A program made the position numbers and the translations under genes. Positions 29,441-39,206 of a DNA stretch of 49,925 bases are shown here, piece after piece. A model generated the notes under the pieces. It was not told the origin of the DNA. It worked only from the letters and a program-made list of their open reading frames with translations, and did no database searches. This DNA comes from Flavihumibacter sp. (GTDB lineage: Bacteria; Bacteroidota; Bacteroidia; Chitinophagales; Chitinophagaceae): positions 1 to 49,925 of the forward strand of contig JASGFZ010000001.1 in assembly GCA_047605345.1 (NCBI GenBank), read 5' to 3'. How positions within the stretch are numbered: position 1 is the stretch's first letter; each line of letters opens with the position of its first letter.

Positions 29441-29890
29441 ATTTCACAAATACTATAATGACAGATCATTCGTTGCCTATTTTTTGGAGGAGGTCATATG
29501 CAAATAGCAAGTTTTCAAGTCATTTACAAAAACGCTACCTGTAATACCCTTGATAATAGCGATACGGCTAACTAATGCGACTTTGTAAGCTGTTGCAAAT
29601 AAGACAAACAGGCAACTTTGTTAAATTAAATTAGCAAATTAGGAGGGTGGTCACAACTACATTCAACAACATTATTGAAGAAAAAACGACTACGATCATG
29701 GTCGCAAACCTATATTACAACATTTGGGTTGGCTGTATCTTAAAGGCAAAATCACCACCCCGGAACTGCATTAGATGCATTCATCAGCTTTACGAAATCT
29801 TGATCCAGAAATACAAATACTATACTGGGAAACTATTCGTTGGGTATCTATGGATCCAATTTAGTAACGCTTAATACAGATCACGTGGCA

Positions 29891-30246
29891 ATGATAAACC
29901 CATACTATTTTTTATACTACAGGCTTTACAAGTTTGCCAAAAAGGCAGGAGTAGCAGACGCAACCTGGACAGCGATGTTATTAGTTTCGGTACTGCTTAC
30001 ACTGAATGTGTTTACTGCCTTATTTTTCATCTTTAATAAGCAGGATTTCTTTTTTTATCCCCAAAAATGATCGGCGGGTTTATGGCAATATTGGTGGGTG
30101 TATTTAATTATTTCGTATTTATCTATAAAGACAAATGCAATCGCATCATAGCTGAATATGAAAAGGAAAGCAAGGGTCAAAAAGCGGGGAGTTCTATATT
30201 AACTATTCTGTATGTCGTATTAACCTGGTATTTAGCTCATTTATGA
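29891..30246 (+). pseudogene. Frameshifted small multi-pass membrane protein, paralog 2 (break may be a homopolymer error)
   Basis: MINPYYFLYYRLYKFAKKAGVADATWTAMLL...QDFFF // PKMIGGFM...NYFVFIYKDKCNRIIAEYEKE...LYVVLTWYLAHL*; shift at the T/C/A runs near 30050-30068. Confidence 0.72.
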
Positions 30247-30461
30247 TAATATTTCAACAAATAATATTTTTACCATAAAGCAGTTGCGGATGTCAATATC
30301 CAGCCTCGCGCAATGCAGGTTCCAGGTATTCCAAACCGTCAATTTGCTGCAATTCTTCATAAGATAAGGGGCGGAATCTGTAAAATTCCGATCAAAAGGG
30401 CCTATAGCCTTGTGTAATGACTATTGAAATTGCATCTCTCTCTTAGTTTTCTATAAATTGT

Positions 30462-33400
30462 ATGAAAATGAATCCAATGCGTGTTATCGGATTATTGCTG
30501 CTGTTCGTAACAGTGAACTCATTTGCCCAAAACATGAAAAAAACCGACTATACAGGCTGGTGGAAAAAGATCGATGCCCTGATCAATACAGAAGGCAGGC
30601 TGAAAACCGCTTTAGCGGAAGTAAAATCGTTACAGGCGACAGCCGTCAAAGAAGGTGTCGCCGGTGAAGAAGTGAAAGCCATGCTCTACCGCCTGCAGAT
30701 CGAAGCTACCGTAGAGGAAGGCAGCGACACCACCGCCATCGGCCGGCTGCGGGAAGCGGTCACAAAAAGCGAAGGTATCCGCAAAGCGCTTTACCAGTCG
30801 CTGCTGGCCGATTACCTGAAAAACTATTACGATAACCACCGCTGGCAACTTTACGACCGCGGCACCGTGGCAGGAGGCACCAAAAGCGATATTACTACCT
30901 GGAGCACAGCCGATTTCAACCGTGAGATCAGCGCCGCCTACCAGGCCTCGCTCAGTAACAAGGCACTTTTACAGGCAACACCTGCCAAGGCGATCGGCGC
31001 CATGGTAACGAACGGCAATGCCGGCAATACACGCCCCACCGCCTTCGACCTGGTCGCCTGGCACGCACTGGACTATTTCAAGGAAGCGCCCGCCGAAACC
31101 GTCCGTTCCATAAACCGCTTCCGGTTGAGCGACCCCGCGCTTTTGGCGCCCGCCCCGGTATTCATGCAGGCGTCGCTGAACCATGCAGACAGTAACCACC
31201 AGCAGTTGATCGCCCTGCAAGTCTACCAGGAATTATTGCGATTTCATACCCGCTCGAAAAACGAAGCGGCATTGATAGCCGCCGACCTCGACCGGCTTGC
31301 TTTCGTAAAAGACCAGGCCATCATCCCCCATAAAATACAAACCTACCGGCAGGCCCTCGAAACACTTGCGAAAACCCATCCAGGCAACGCCGACGACAGC
31401 CGGATCACCCTCGCACAGTCGCTGGTAAATGACGATCCCTCCAACCTGGCGGCTGCCCTGCAACTGGCCAATGCCTTGCGCAACAGCAGCAATCCCCGTG
31501 TAAAGGCCGACGCCCATAACCTAACGGAACAGATCAAAAAGCCGGCCCTCACGCTGACCACCGAAAAAGTAAACCTGCCGGAAGCGCCTTTCCGCGCACT
31601 GGTGAACTATGCCAACCTGTCAACCGCTTTTTTTCGCCTGTACCCGATGACAGAAACGCTGCGCGGCAGCCTCCGCCGGGGACGTCAACTGTTCTCGGAA
31701 AAAGCCTGGGCCCAGATCAGCGGCAGCAAACTGATGAAAGAATGGCAGCAACCTTTGCCATTGCCGGCCGACTACCGCGAACACAGCACCGAAGTAAAAA
31801 TAGACGGCCTGCCGATCGGCGAATACATCCTGCTGGCAGGCAGCGACGCCAGTTTCGCGCCCGAAAAAACCTATATGGCCGCCGTAGTGGTACGGGTGTC
31901 AAATATCAGCTATATCAACCGCGACCGCGACTACTTCATTCTCGACCGCAATACCGGCCAGCCATTGTCCAAAGCAAGCATACAAACCTGGAAAGAAAAA
32001 TACGACCGGGCCAGCCAGGACAATATCCTGGTGAAGGGGGAAAGATTTATCGCCAACGAAAGCGGCTATGTACACCTGGCCCTCGCAACCGACGACAACG
32101 TGCTGCTGGATGTCAACTACCACAACGACCGGCTGTTTACCGACGACATGGTGTATCATTATCGTTACCGCCCCGGGCAACAGGAACAATCGGAGAGAAA
32201 AAGATCCAATACCTGGTTCTTCCTCGACCGCTCTATTTACCGCCCCGGGCAACTGGTTTATTTCAAGGGCATTGCCATCAGCAGCGACAGCTCCGGCAAA
32301 AGCAAACCCTATAGCGGCCAACAGACGACCGTACAACTCTTCAATGCCAATAACGAAGCCATCGACAGCATCACCTTAAAGACCAACGCATACGGATCGA
32401 TACAGGGCAGTTTCCGGTTGCCTGAAGGCGGGCTGACAGGTAGTTTCAGCCTTCGGCAGAAAGAATGGAATGGAACGGCTTATTTCAGGGTGGAAGAATA
32501 CAAAAGGCCCAAATTCCAGGTAGCGCTGCTGCCGGTTAAAGGAAGCTACCGCGTGCACGATACGATTGTAGTGGAAGGAACCGCCAAAGCCTATGCCGGT
32601 AATGCCATCAGCAACGCCGGTATAACGTACAGGGTCACCCGAAACAGCAGGATACCGTTTTACCGGCACCGCATCTGGCCGCCTTACCGCGAAGGTTCGG
32701 AAGAGCTGATCAACGGAACCGCCGTCACCGGCGCCGATGGCAGGTTTGCCATTCGCTTTACCGCAGTACCCGACCCCTCTATAGAAAAATCGGCCGACCC
32801 CGTATTCGACTATCAGATACAGATCGATGTCACCGACCTCAACGGCGAAACCCGCAGCGCTTCGCAATATTTGTCGGTTTCCTACAAAGCCCTGCACGTT
32901 ACGATCGGTGAGCTGGCAGCGCAACTGCCGGTAGATAGTTTGAAGACGGTTACCGTGTCTACCCGGAATGCCGGCGGACTGTTTGAGCCTGCGCAGCTGA
33001 AACTGCAGTTGTTCAGCCTGCAATCACCCGGGCGGCTGATCCGCGCACGCTACTGGCAGCAACCCGACCAGTTTGCGATAGCAGAAAATGATTTCCGGCA
33101 ATATTTTCCGTACGACGAATACAAATCGGAAACCGATGTAAACAGCTGGGCGCTGAACCAAGAGGTCTTCAGCAGCAGCTTCCTGTCCACCGCCGAAGGG
33201 CAGGTGCCGCTTGCCTGGAAACAGCGCAGCGGCGGCTGGTATCGCATCGTTGTTACGGGGCTGGATCGTTTCGGCGACAGCATACGCACTGAAAAAAACA
33301 TCTATCTCATCGACCCCAAATCAGCTGCAGCGCCGTCGCCGGGTTTCCTGGTTACCTATAGCAGTAAGACATCCGCGCAGCCGGGTGAAAAGCTGGAATG

Positions 33401-36400
33401 GCTGGTAGGCACGGCCACAGAAGCCTGGCTGATCAGCCAGCGCGAGAACCATGACAGCAAGGCCAAAGCAAACGATCTTCCTTTTGCAAAGCGTTTCGAT
33501 ATCAATAAAGTGAAACCCGGCTTCAGAACCATCGGTTATACCGTACAGGAAAACGACCGGGGCGGTATGGGCTGGACCCATGTATATGTACAGCACAACC
33601 GCGTGTATGTGGCCAACGATCATGTCGCTGTTCCCTGGAACAACAAGCAGCTTTCCCTGGCCGTGTCGAGCTTCCGGGACAAAACGGAGCCCGGCAGCCC
33701 GGAAACCTGGACGGTGACGGTGAAAGGTCCCCAGGGCGAGCAGGCAGCCGCCGAACTATTGACCAGCATGTATGATGCTTCACTGGATCAGTTCACGCCT
33801 CACGGCTGGTCTGTACCCGGCATCTGGCCTCATTACGCTTCGGGCAATACCTGGAATGGCAGTAATAATTTTGAGCAGGAGGCAGGTGAAGGAACCGAGC
33901 CGGAACTGAAGTACACTCCGGTACCGCCCTTGCTGTACGATGCATTGCTGGGTTTAAATATTGGATATGGAGAGATGCTGCGGGGTGCAGCGGGCGGTAT
34001 TATGTATTCCAGAAGGGAAGCCCGTGGTACAATGGTCATGGAATCGGCAATGGCGCCAGCACCGGACGACGCAGGCCTTATGAATGCGAGGAATGCGGCT
34101 CCCAAGATGCAAATGGACAAATTCACGCCGGCTAAAATGGTCAAAGACGAAGAAATGGCCGCCACAGATCCGGCACCTGCCGGCAATGCACCCATTGCCA
34201 CGCGCACCGACTTCCGTGAAACCGCTTTCTTCTTTCCGCAGCTTTCGGCCGATGCCGCCGGCAACTACCAGTTCAGTTTTACCATGCCCGAAGCCCTGAC
34301 CAGCTGGAAATGGCAGCTGCTCGCCCACACCAAAGACCTCGCCTTCGGCACACTCACCCAAACGGTTATCACGCAAAAAGAGCTGATGGTGCAAACCAAT
34401 ATGCCGCGCTTCTTGCGCGAAGGCGACAAGATGGAGATCAGCACCAAGATCGTGAACCTGGGTGATAAGGAAATGACCGGGCAGGCAGAATTACAGCTCA
34501 TCGATCCCGCTAACGATCAACCGGTCGACGGCTGGTTCCGCAACTTCTTTCCCAACCAGTATTTCACTGTGGCGGCGGGCGGCAGCGAAGCCGTGAAATT
34601 CCCGGTAGAAGTGCCCTATCTCTACAACAAAGCGCTTACCTGGCGCATCATAGCACGTTCTGAAAATTACAGCGACGGTGAATCGGCCAGTCTGCCCGTA
34701 CTGACCAACCGTGAGCTGGTCACTGAAACAAAACCGTTCTTCCTCAACGGCAACGGCAGTAAAGACCTGGTTTTGCAGCACCTGGTCAGCAGCGGGAACA
34801 GCGAAACACTGAGCAACCAGTCGCTCACCGTCGAGTTCAGCAGCAATCCTGCCTGGTATGCCGTGCAGGCGCTTCCCTACCTGGCCGACTATCCCTATGC
34901 GTGCGCCGAGCAAACCTTCAACCGTTTGTATGCGACCCTGCTGGCGGCCCATATCGTCAACAAAATGCCGGCCATTAAGCAGGTGCTTGAAAGCTGGAAA
35001 GGCAAAGACACCGCCGCCCTGATCAGCAACCTGCAGAAAAATGCCGAGCTGAAACAAATACTGCTGGAAGAAACACCCTGGGTATTGAACGCCAAAAACG
35101 AAACGGAACAGGAACAAAAGATCGCTGCGCTGTTCAACCTGGTGCAGCTATCGGCCAATACAAGCAAGATCGCCGCGCAACTGAAAGAGATGCAAACGGA
35201 AAGCGGCGGTTTCAGTTGGTTCAAAGGCGGTAGGGATGACCGTTATATTACGCAGTATATTCTAACCGGTATCGGGCGCCTCAAACTGATGGGGGCATTA
35301 CCGGCCGGCCTGAAAGAAATTCCTGCTATTGTTGCTGCCGCGATCCCTTACCTCGATAATGCCATCCGCCAGGATTATGCACTATGGGAAAAAACGCCAA
35401 AGACCGCTGCTGCGTTGAACGAATATGCCGCGCAGTACCTCTATATGCGGAGCTATTTTCCTGAAACCGGTATAGCCGGCGGCACGGTAAAAGCAGCCGA
35501 TTTCTATCGCAAGCAATGCCAGCAACAATGGATCAAAGGCAGCCGGCTGGTACGCGGCATGATCGCCACGATGCTGTTCCGCACCGGTGATAAGGTCACC
35601 GCCGCAAAAGTGTTGCAATCGCTCGCAGAAACCGCTGTGCAAAGCGAAGAGCTCGGCATGTACTGGAAAGACAATAGTCCTGCTTATTACTGGCAGCAGG
35701 CGCCTGTTGAAACCCAGGCCCTGATGATCGAGGCTTTTCAAACCATCAAACCCGGCGGCAAAGAAGTGGCTGCGCTGAAAACCTGGCTGCTGAAAAACAA
35801 GCAGGCCAGTCACTGGCCTTCAACCAAAGCCACCGCCGACGCCTGTTATGCGCTGTTGCTGCAGGGCGGCAACTGGCTGGAAGCGGCGCCCAATGTATCG
35901 GTACAACTGGGTGGTATCACCACCGTAACAGCACGGGGCGCCGAAGCGGGCACCGGTTACTACCAGCAAACCATTCCGGGCACGGGTGTGCATCCTGAAA
36001 TGGGCCGCATCAAAGTGCAGGTAACCAATGCAGCCGCTGCCGGCAAACAGCCGCCGGTTTGGGGCGCCGTGTACTGGCAGTATTTTGAGCAAATGGACAA
36101 GATCGAAGCAGCCGCTTCGCCCCTTTCACTTAACAAGGAAGTGTTTGTAGAAAGGTTGACCGATAACGGACCTACGCTGCAAAAATACACAGACGATATG
36201 CTGCTGAAAGTAGGCGATAAGCTGAAGATCCGTATCACCCTGAAAGCCGATCGCGCCATGGAGTATATTCATGTGAAAGACCTGCGTGCGAGTAACCTGG
36301 AGCCGGTGAATGTGTTAAGTGGCTACCAGTGGCAGGGCGGGCTCGGTTACTACCAGGCGCCGCGAGACGCCAGTATGAATTTCTTCATCAGCTACCTGCC

Positions 36401-36539
36401 GCAGGGAACGTACGTGTTCGAGTATGCGCTTTTCGTGAACCAGGCCGGCACATTCAGCAATGGCATCGCGAAAGCGCAAAGCATGTATGCCCCCGAATTC
36501 AGCAGCCACAGTGAAGCGATGCAATTGAGGGTGGAGTAA
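30462..36539 (+). CDS. Bacterial alpha-2-macroglobulin family protein
   Basis: 2025 aa; LDRSIYRPGQ, FRVEEYKRPKF, RTDFRETAFF, MPEALTSW, PRFLREGD, thioester YPYACAEQ, GGFSWF and QSMYAPE. Confidence 0.95.
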   Translation: MKMNPMRVIGLLLLFVTVNSFAQNMKKTDYTGWWKKIDALINTEGRLKTALAEVKSLQATAVKEGVAGEEVKAMLYRLQIEATVEEGSDTTAIGRLREAVTKSEGIRKALYQSLLADYLKNYYDNHRWQLYDRGTVAGGTKSDITTWSTADFNREISAAYQASLSNKALLQATPAKAIGAMVTNGNAGNTRPTAFDLVAWHALDYFKEAPAETVRSINRFRLSDPALLAPAPVFMQASLNHADSNHQQLIALQVYQELLRFHTRSKNEAALIAADLDRLAFVKDQAIIPHKIQTYRQALETLAKTHPGNADDSRITLAQSLVNDDPSNLAAALQLANALRNSSNPRVKADAHNLTEQIKKPALTLTTEKVNLPEAPFRALVNYANLSTAFFRLYPMTETLRGSLRRGRQLFSEKAWAQISGSKLMKEWQQPLPLPADYREHSTEVKIDGLPIGEYILLAGSDASFAPEKTYMAAVVVRVSNISYINRDRDYFILDRNTGQPLSKASIQTWKEKYDRASQDNILVKGERFIANESGYVHLALATDDNVLLDVNYHNDRLFTDDMVYHYRYRPGQQEQSERKRSNTWFFLDRSIYRPGQLVYFKGIAISSDSSGKSKPYSGQQTTVQLFNANNEAIDSITLKTNAYGSIQGSFRLPEGGLTGSFSLRQKEWNGTAYFRVEEYKRPKFQVALLPVKGSYRVHDTIVVEGTAKAYAGNAISNAGITYRVTRNSRIPFYRHRIWPPYREGSEELINGTAVTGADGRFAIRFTAVPDPSIEKSADPVFDYQIQIDVTDLNGETRSASQYLSVSYKALHVTIGELAAQLPVDSLKTVTVSTRNAGGLFEPAQLKLQLFSLQSPGRLIRARYWQQPDQFAIAENDFRQYFPYDEYKSETDVNSWALNQEVFSSSFLSTAEGQVPLAWKQRSGGWYRIVVTGLDRFGDSIRTEKNIYLIDPKSAAAPSPGFLVTYSSKTSAQPGEKLEWLVGTATEAWLISQRENHDSKAKANDLPFAKRFDINKVKPGFRTIGYTVQENDRGGMGWTHVYVQHNRVYVANDHVAVPWNNKQLSLAVSSFRDKTEPGSPETWTVTVKGPQGEQAAAELLTSMYDASLDQFTPHGWSVPGIWPHYASGNTWNGSNNFEQEAGEGTEPELKYTPVPPLLYDALLGLNIGYGEMLRGAAGGIMYSRREARGTMVMESAMAPAPDDAGLMNARNAAPKMQMDKFTPAKMVKDEEMAATDPAPAGNAPIATRTDFRETAFFFPQLSADAAGNYQFSFTMPEALTSWKWQLLAHTKDLAFGTLTQTVITQKELMVQTNMPRFLREGDKMEISTKIVNLGDKEMTGQAELQLIDPANDQPVDGWFRNFFPNQYFTVAAGGSEAVKFPVEVPYLYNKALTWRIIARSENYSDGESASLPVLTNRELVTETKPFFLNGNGSKDLVLQHLVSSGNSETLSNQSLTVEFSSNPAWYAVQALPYLADYPYACAEQTFNRLYATLLAAHIVNKMPAIKQVLESWKGKDTAALISNLQKNAELKQILLEETPWVLNAKNETEQEQKIAALFNLVQLSANTSKIAAQLKEMQTESGGFSWFKGGRDDRYITQYILTGIGRLKLMGALPAGLKEIPAIVAAAIPYLDNAIRQDYALWEKTPKTAAALNEYAAQYLYMRSYFPETGIAGGTVKAADFYRKQCQQQWIKGSRLVRGMIATMLFRTGDKVTAAKVLQSLAETAVQSEELGMYWKDNSPAYYWQQAPVETQALMIEAFQTIKPGGKEVAALKTWLLKNKQASHWPSTKATADACYALLLQGGNWLEAAPNVSVQLGGITTVTARGAEAGTGYYQQTIPGTGVHPEMGRIKVQVTNAAAAGKQPPVWGAVYWQYFEQMDKIEAAASPLSLNKEVFVERLTDNGPTLQKYTDDMLLKVGDKLKIRITLKADRAMEYIHVKDLRASNLEPVNVLSGYQWQGGLGYYQAPRDASMNFFISYLPQGTYVFEYALFVNQAGTFSNGIAKAQSMYAPEFSSHSEAMQLRVE

Positions 36540-36575
36540 CCAAACAGAAAGAGAAACAACAAACCGGAAAAGAGA

Positions 36576-39197
36576 TCAGGCTTTGATCTCTTTTCCGTCT
36601 ACCATATATTTTGAAACAGGTATGGTTCCCGAAACCACATTCAGCACGGGCCTGCCGCCATTCCAGCGCACCGTTCCGAAGCCGGTGGCGGTAGACAGAA
36701 AACATTCGAAAGCGCCGATGCGCGACTGAACATGCAAGGTTGTATCTACCGCATCATAACGCAAACCGGTAAGCCCCTGCAACATGCCGTAACTGGCCAA
36801 GGCCCGGGCATACCAGTGCCCGCATTCATATTCGTTGAAGGGATTCCGGATACGTCCGTCGTAGCGGTTGCGGCAGGCCTGCACGATATCGAGCCCTTCC
36901 TGTACACGACCCACCAGCATAAGGTGTGAAGCCACCTGGTATTCGATACCCGTCCACACTTCATCGCTGTACACAAAAGGAATGGAAAGCTTTCCGCCCC
37001 GGGGCCAGGAACAGAGCAGCAACCCCCCATCGTGCCCGAGCGCAAAGCCCGGCCGCTGCGGATTATCATGCTGGCTGAGATCTGTTTTCAGGTTGTATTT
37101 ATGCACGGCAAGCAGGTGGCTGGTGATCTTGGTTTGATCAATAAAAGCGGGCAGGCCTGAAACCATTCCGAGCCACGCACCCAATACACCATCGCTCAAA
37201 CAGCCGGTTCCGTACTGGTATTTTGGCCCTTCTTTTTTGAGCAGGGCAATGGCTTCGGGTGAATAGTCGCCGCCGAACGATTGCGCTTTTGAAGGATCGG
37301 GCGCCGAAAGCCCTTCATACTGGATGTGCTGGAAGAAATATTCTCCGTTGTAAAGCTTCTCTTCCATATACCTCACTCCTTTCTGAAGCAGGTCCTGGTA
37401 ACGGCTGTTGTCTTTTTTCAACGCCTTGCCCATTGCCAGCATGGCTGTTAACGCACCCAGGTAAAAACTGGTACACATGCCATCAGGCCCCCAGAATTCA
37501 ATGTCGTACGTATTGTGGTGTGGTTCCTGCACCACGCCGAGCCCGCGCGGATCCCAGGTTTGGATGCAATAGTCCATGCTCTGCTTCACCATCGGGTATA
37601 TCTTCTGCAGCCAGGCAGTATCGGCATTGATCCGCCAGTCGCGGTACACTTTCATGATGCCGCCCAGCTGCCCGTCGGCTGCCGAATGAAAATCGTGCTT
37701 TGCCGGCGAGATCGGGATATTGGCGCGAAAAACCTGGTGGCCGTCTGCCCGCTGGTTCTCGGCGAACTCGGTATTGCGCAAGGTTTTCTCGAGGCGGGGA
37801 AACAAATGCGGTATGGCCTGCGCGTAATTCCATACATGCGTGCAGGAACCGTGACAGGAGCCTTCATCATCACCTGACCCTTCCCAGTTCCACAACCGGC
37901 CGTCGTACTGCCGCATGACCGTGGGCGATTTCAGGATGGTGAGGTTGGCGGCAACGGCTTCTATTACTTCGGAGGGCAATGTGCTGGCATAAAAAGCTTT
38001 CGTAAACGCTTCGGTCTGCTGTTTCAGAGACGAATAATGCTTCAGCCAGTAGGCGGCTACTTCCTGCACGTTCCGGTACCGGCTGCTGTACCAGGGGCGA
38101 TGGGTATCGCCTGTGTTTGCCGGCAGCGTTGGGTCGAGATAGGAAGAATCTTTGGCGCAACCCGCCTGCGGATCACAAGCTGTTTTAGGCACCACCTCGC
38201 CAATACGCAAATTCGAATGGGGCACATACCAGGCAAAATAGAGCCGGATCGTTTTCGATTCGCCGGCGCCCAATGTAAACGGAACATAGAGGCTGGCGCC
38301 GGGCGCATCTTTTTCCACTGGCGGATGGGCCGCCGCTTCGCCATCGCGCACCTTGTTCCAGGCCATCGTCATCGGATCCCACCAGCCACCCCTGAACCAG
38401 CAATGATCCACTTCGGTACGGGGGTCATCGGTGAAGATGGCGAAAGACGCTGTGTCGGGTTTATTGTCCCTGCCCGGTTTCTGTTGCAGGATAAACCCGT
38501 TTGCAATGGGGTCAATGCTATGTGTTTTCTCGGGCCACCACAAAAAGTTTTTGCTGTTATAAGAAAATACCAGCTCTTTTGACGATGAGCCCGTGTTGGT
38601 GAAACGGTATTCGAAAGCCCCGATGGGGTGGCCAGACTCATCTTCCTTACCGGGAACAAAAGGACTCCAGCCGGTCAGCTCAACGCTGACGGGTATAACG
38701 GTATCAAACAACCGAATAATACCAAAGGGAAATTTTGTTTCGAAGCTGGCCTGCGAAAAGCGGGGCAACCCATAGGTGGTTCCAACCGAACCCAGGCCCG
38801 ATCCCCGCATACCAAAGAACTTCCACTCCGGCACCGGCCCTTCCAATACCCTTGCCGTATTCTTCTCTCCTTTTACACAAATCGCCGCGAACATACCCGG
38901 CTCATGGTATATCTCGGGGCGGTTGCGGATGCTCATATGTGAAACAGCGCCCGTTCCTTCCAGGCAAAACATGCCCGCTCCCAGTCCGCCCACCGGAAAA
39001 GCAATCCTGTGCAGGTATTCTTTTTCATAAATACCGTTAAAAGCCCTTGTGCCTTCATGCTTTTCAACAGGCTTTCTTTTCCCGGCACCGGCCGGGGACG
39101 GCGCTGCTTTTTCGCCCGCAGCAGGCGCCACCACGGCCCCGATACCGCCCAGGGTTATATTTCGGAGAAAGCGCCTTCTTTTACTGGAATGACCCAT
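36576..39197 (-). CDS. GH116-family glycoside hydrolase with Tat signal (candidate exo-beta-D-arabinofuranosidase)
   Basis: KRRRFL leader; FPVGGLGAG, WEG...CHGSCTHVWNY, AADGQLG, HHNTYDIEF, YSDEVWTGIEY and NPFNEYECGHWYAR. Confidence 0.88.
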   Translation of the reverse strand: MGHSSKRRRFLRNITLGGIGAVVAPAAGEKAAPSPAGAGKRKPVEKHEGTRAFNGIYEKEYLHRIAFPVGGLGAGMFCLEGTGAVSHMSIRNRPEIYHEPGMFAAICVKGEKNTARVLEGPVPEWKFFGMRGSGLGSVGTTYGLPRFSQASFETKFPFGIIRLFDTVIPVSVELTGWSPFVPGKEDESGHPIGAFEYRFTNTGSSSKELVFSYNSKNFLWWPEKTHSIDPIANGFILQQKPGRDNKPDTASFAIFTDDPRTEVDHCWFRGGWWDPMTMAWNKVRDGEAAAHPPVEKDAPGASLYVPFTLGAGESKTIRLYFAWYVPHSNLRIGEVVPKTACDPQAGCAKDSSYLDPTLPANTGDTHRPWYSSRYRNVQEVAAYWLKHYSSLKQQTEAFTKAFYASTLPSEVIEAVAANLTILKSPTVMRQYDGRLWNWEGSGDDEGSCHGSCTHVWNYAQAIPHLFPRLEKTLRNTEFAENQRADGHQVFRANIPISPAKHDFHSAADGQLGGIMKVYRDWRINADTAWLQKIYPMVKQSMDYCIQTWDPRGLGVVQEPHHNTYDIEFWGPDGMCTSFYLGALTAMLAMGKALKKDNSRYQDLLQKGVRYMEEKLYNGEYFFQHIQYEGLSAPDPSKAQSFGGDYSPEAIALLKKEGPKYQYGTGCLSDGVLGAWLGMVSGLPAFIDQTKITSHLLAVHKYNLKTDLSQHDNPQRPGFALGHDGGLLLCSWPRGGKLSIPFVYSDEVWTGIEYQVASHLMLVGRVQEGLDIVQACRNRYDGRIRNPFNEYECGHWYARALASYGMLQGLTGLRYDAVDTTLHVQSRIGAFECFLSTATGFGTVRWNGGRPVLNVVSGTIPVSKYMVDGKEIKA

Positions 39198-39206
39198 AAA
39201 AATGGT

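Noticed and set aside
29647-29874. 75-aa ORF between the two membrane paralogs
   Set aside because: No recognisable motif or convincing start; probably decayed sequence.
27700-30460. AT-rich patch as an integrated mobile element or prophage
   Set aside because: No integrase, transposase, tRNA or flanking direct repeats were found; treated only as an accessory region.
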